From NCBI GenBank assembly GCA_963846945.1, contig CAWJXX010000005.1:70838-134837 (forward strand): a DNA stretch of 64,000 nt, given 5' to 3'. Position 1 is the first letter of the stretch, and every line of letters starts with the position of its first letter. Source of the stretch: an uncultured Gemmatimonadales bacterium (GTDB lineage: Bacteria; Gemmatimonadota; Gemmatimonadetes; Gemmatimonadales; GWC2-71-9). The position numbers and the translations under genes were made by a program. Positions 62,604 to 64,000 of this stretch are shown here, piece after piece. The notes below the pieces were generated by a model. That model searched no databases. It saw only the letters and a program-made list of their open reading frames with translations, and had not been told where the DNA came from.

Positions 62604-63420
62604 GCGCGTTGCGTTGACGATCGCCGGATCGGACCCCAGCGGGGGGGCCGGTATCCAGGCCGACCTCAAGACCTTTCATCAATTCGGGGTCTACGGCATG
62701 GCCGCGCTCACCGCGCTGACCGCACAGAACACGCTGGGCGTCTTCGGCGTGCACCCGATACCGGCCGCGTTCCTGCAGCTGCAGCTCGAGGCACTGGCCT
62801 CCGACATTCCGCCGAACGCGCTGAAGACCGGCATGCTCGCCAGTGCTGAACTCGCCGCCATGACCGTCGATTGCATCGCCGGGTTCCGCTGGACGCCGCT
62901 GGTCGTCGACCCCGTGATGATCGCGACGTCGGGTGATCGCCTGCTCTCACCCGATGCGGAGCGCATCATCCGGGACCGGTTGCTCCCGCTGGCGGCGCTG
63001 GTGACGCCCAACCTGGAAGAGGCATCGCTGCTCACCGGCCAGCCAGTTCACGATGCGAACGGCATGGAGAAGGCTGGACTCGCCCTGCGCGACGCAGGCG
63101 CTGCCGCGGTGCTCATCAAGGGGGGTCACCTGGCCGACGAAACAATAGTGGACCTGCTCGTGACACAGAATGGGGTACGGCGGTTTGTACATCCGCGGAT
63201 CCGGACGACCTCAACGCACGGAACCGGCTGCACGCTGTCCGCTGCGATTACCGCCGGCCTGGCGCAGGGCGCGCCCCTCGACACGGCGGTGGAACGGGCA
63301 CTGGAGTATGTCGTTCGCGCGATCGCCCAGGCACCCGGCCTGGGTGCCGGGCACGGTCCCCTCGATCACACGGCCGAGGTCCAACCCCCGGCCGCGCCCC
63401 GGCCCGAAGGCAGGGGCTAG
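62602..63420 (+). CDS. thiD: Hydroxymethylpyrimidine/phosphomethylpyrimidine kinase
   Basis: ALTIAGSDPSGGAGIQADLKT, TAQNT.GV, KTGML, VDPVM, TPNL.EA, HGTGCTLS, G.GHGP. Confidence 0.95.
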   Translation: MRVALTIAGSDPSGGAGIQADLKTFHQFGVYGMAALTALTAQNTLGVFGVHPIPAAFLQLQLEALASDIPPNALKTGMLASAELAAMTVDCIAGFRWTPLVVDPVMIATSGDRLLSPDAERIIRDRLLPLAALVTPNLEEASLLTGQPVHDANGMEKAGLALRDAGAAAVLIKGGHLADETIVDLLVTQNGVRRFVHPRIRTTSTHGTGCTLSAAITAGLAQGAPLDTAVERALEYVVRAIAQAPGLGAGHGPLDHTAEVQPPAAPRPEGRG

Positions 63421-63713
63421 TAGTCCGTCACATCCCAGGGATGACGCAGGTGTGTCGACACCATGGCAACCTGCGTGCGCTGCGGCTGGGTCTGCGGCGC
63501 CGTCGCGAGGCGTCGTTCCAGCTGGGACAGCGCCGCGACGGGCATCGACTTGAAGCCATAGGCGCTGTCACGAGCCACACTTTCGCCCGCCACGATGCCG
63601 GGGTTGGCCGGTGCACTCTCGCGCGGGAAATCGGATTTCTTGCTGGCACAGGCGGAGGCGACTAGCACTGCCATCGCCATCGACGCCCGACTGATCAGAG
63701 TTGTGCTGCTCAT
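63417..63713 (-). CDS. Hypothetical small lipoprotein
   Basis: Signal-like segment with ASAC; RBS GGGGGAG. Confidence 0.45.
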   Translation of the reverse strand: MSSTTLISRASMAMAVLVASACASKKSDFPRESAPANPGIVAGESVARDSAYGFKSMPVAALSQLERRLATAPQTQPQRTQVAMVSTHLRHPWDVTDY

Positions 63714-63777
63714 CACACTTCTCCCCCCGTAAGGGTCCATGCAGTACTACCCCCGGGGTGAGCGACCGTTCAGGAAA

Positions 63778-64000
63778 TCACTCCTCGAAGGGCTCCATGT
63801 GGATGAGCACACCGGAAACCTCCGGCACCGCGGCGCGGATGGCCGACTTCACCATCCCGCTAAGGATGTGCGCCCGGTGCAGCGAGAGCGCGGGATCCGC
63901 CTGTACATGAAGATCCACGTAGTAGGTGGTCCCGGCGCGCCGCATCTTGAGCTTCTCGGTCGCGCGTACTCCGGCCACGGAATGGGCCGCACGTTCCACG
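63778..64000 (-). CDS. Cation diffusion facilitator (FieF-like), C-terminal dimerisation domain, partial
   Basis: R.AG..YYVDLHVQ.D...SL..AH...V.IH.EP. Confidence 0.85.
   Translation of the reverse strand, partial: VERAAHSVAGVRATEKLKMRRAGTTYYVDLHVQADPALSLHRAHILSGMVKSAIRAAVPEVSGVLIHMEPFEE

Overview
High-GC bacterial chromosomal window, possibly Gemmatimonadota (inferred from gene content only). Single-base indels are frequent and also break ffh, rpsP, rimM and rplS, so most frameshifts are probably consensus errors. 0-3 kb: SDR, DUF1295 and an ArsR-SRPBCC operon. About 3-25.5 kb: a general-stress-type island with three FMN split-barrel paralogs, topoisomerase IB, a Cys-rich mini-protein, a ~8.5 kb cyclic beta-1,2-glucan synthase-like gene, a lone ligase OB domain, an SDR, CsbD, DUF1328, a sensor kinase with response regulator, and AI-2E. 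Next come an ABC transporter with an embedded STAS protein, YdeP/FdhF, MarR-ClC, BlaI-M56/HEAT, msrB, several secreted proteins, an Hc2-like basic protein, the ffh-rpsP-rimM-trmD-rplS operon and housekeeping genes (prepilin peptidase, TrmH family, thiD). Main observation: seven 5' leaders in the stress island share one RNA architecture, namely an upstream hairpin, then a bulged stem with an internal loop whose 3' strand is also the 5' arm of an intrinsic terminator. Six lie behind TTGC(G/C)(C/G)-N17-(T/C)AnnnT promoters, and the seventh has the same -35 but a weak -10. Six are near a CRP/FNR-like TGTGA-N6-TCAC box. I read this as a candidate undescribed attenuation/antitermination regulon that includes its own two-component system. 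All pairings were read by eye; no folding or database search was run.
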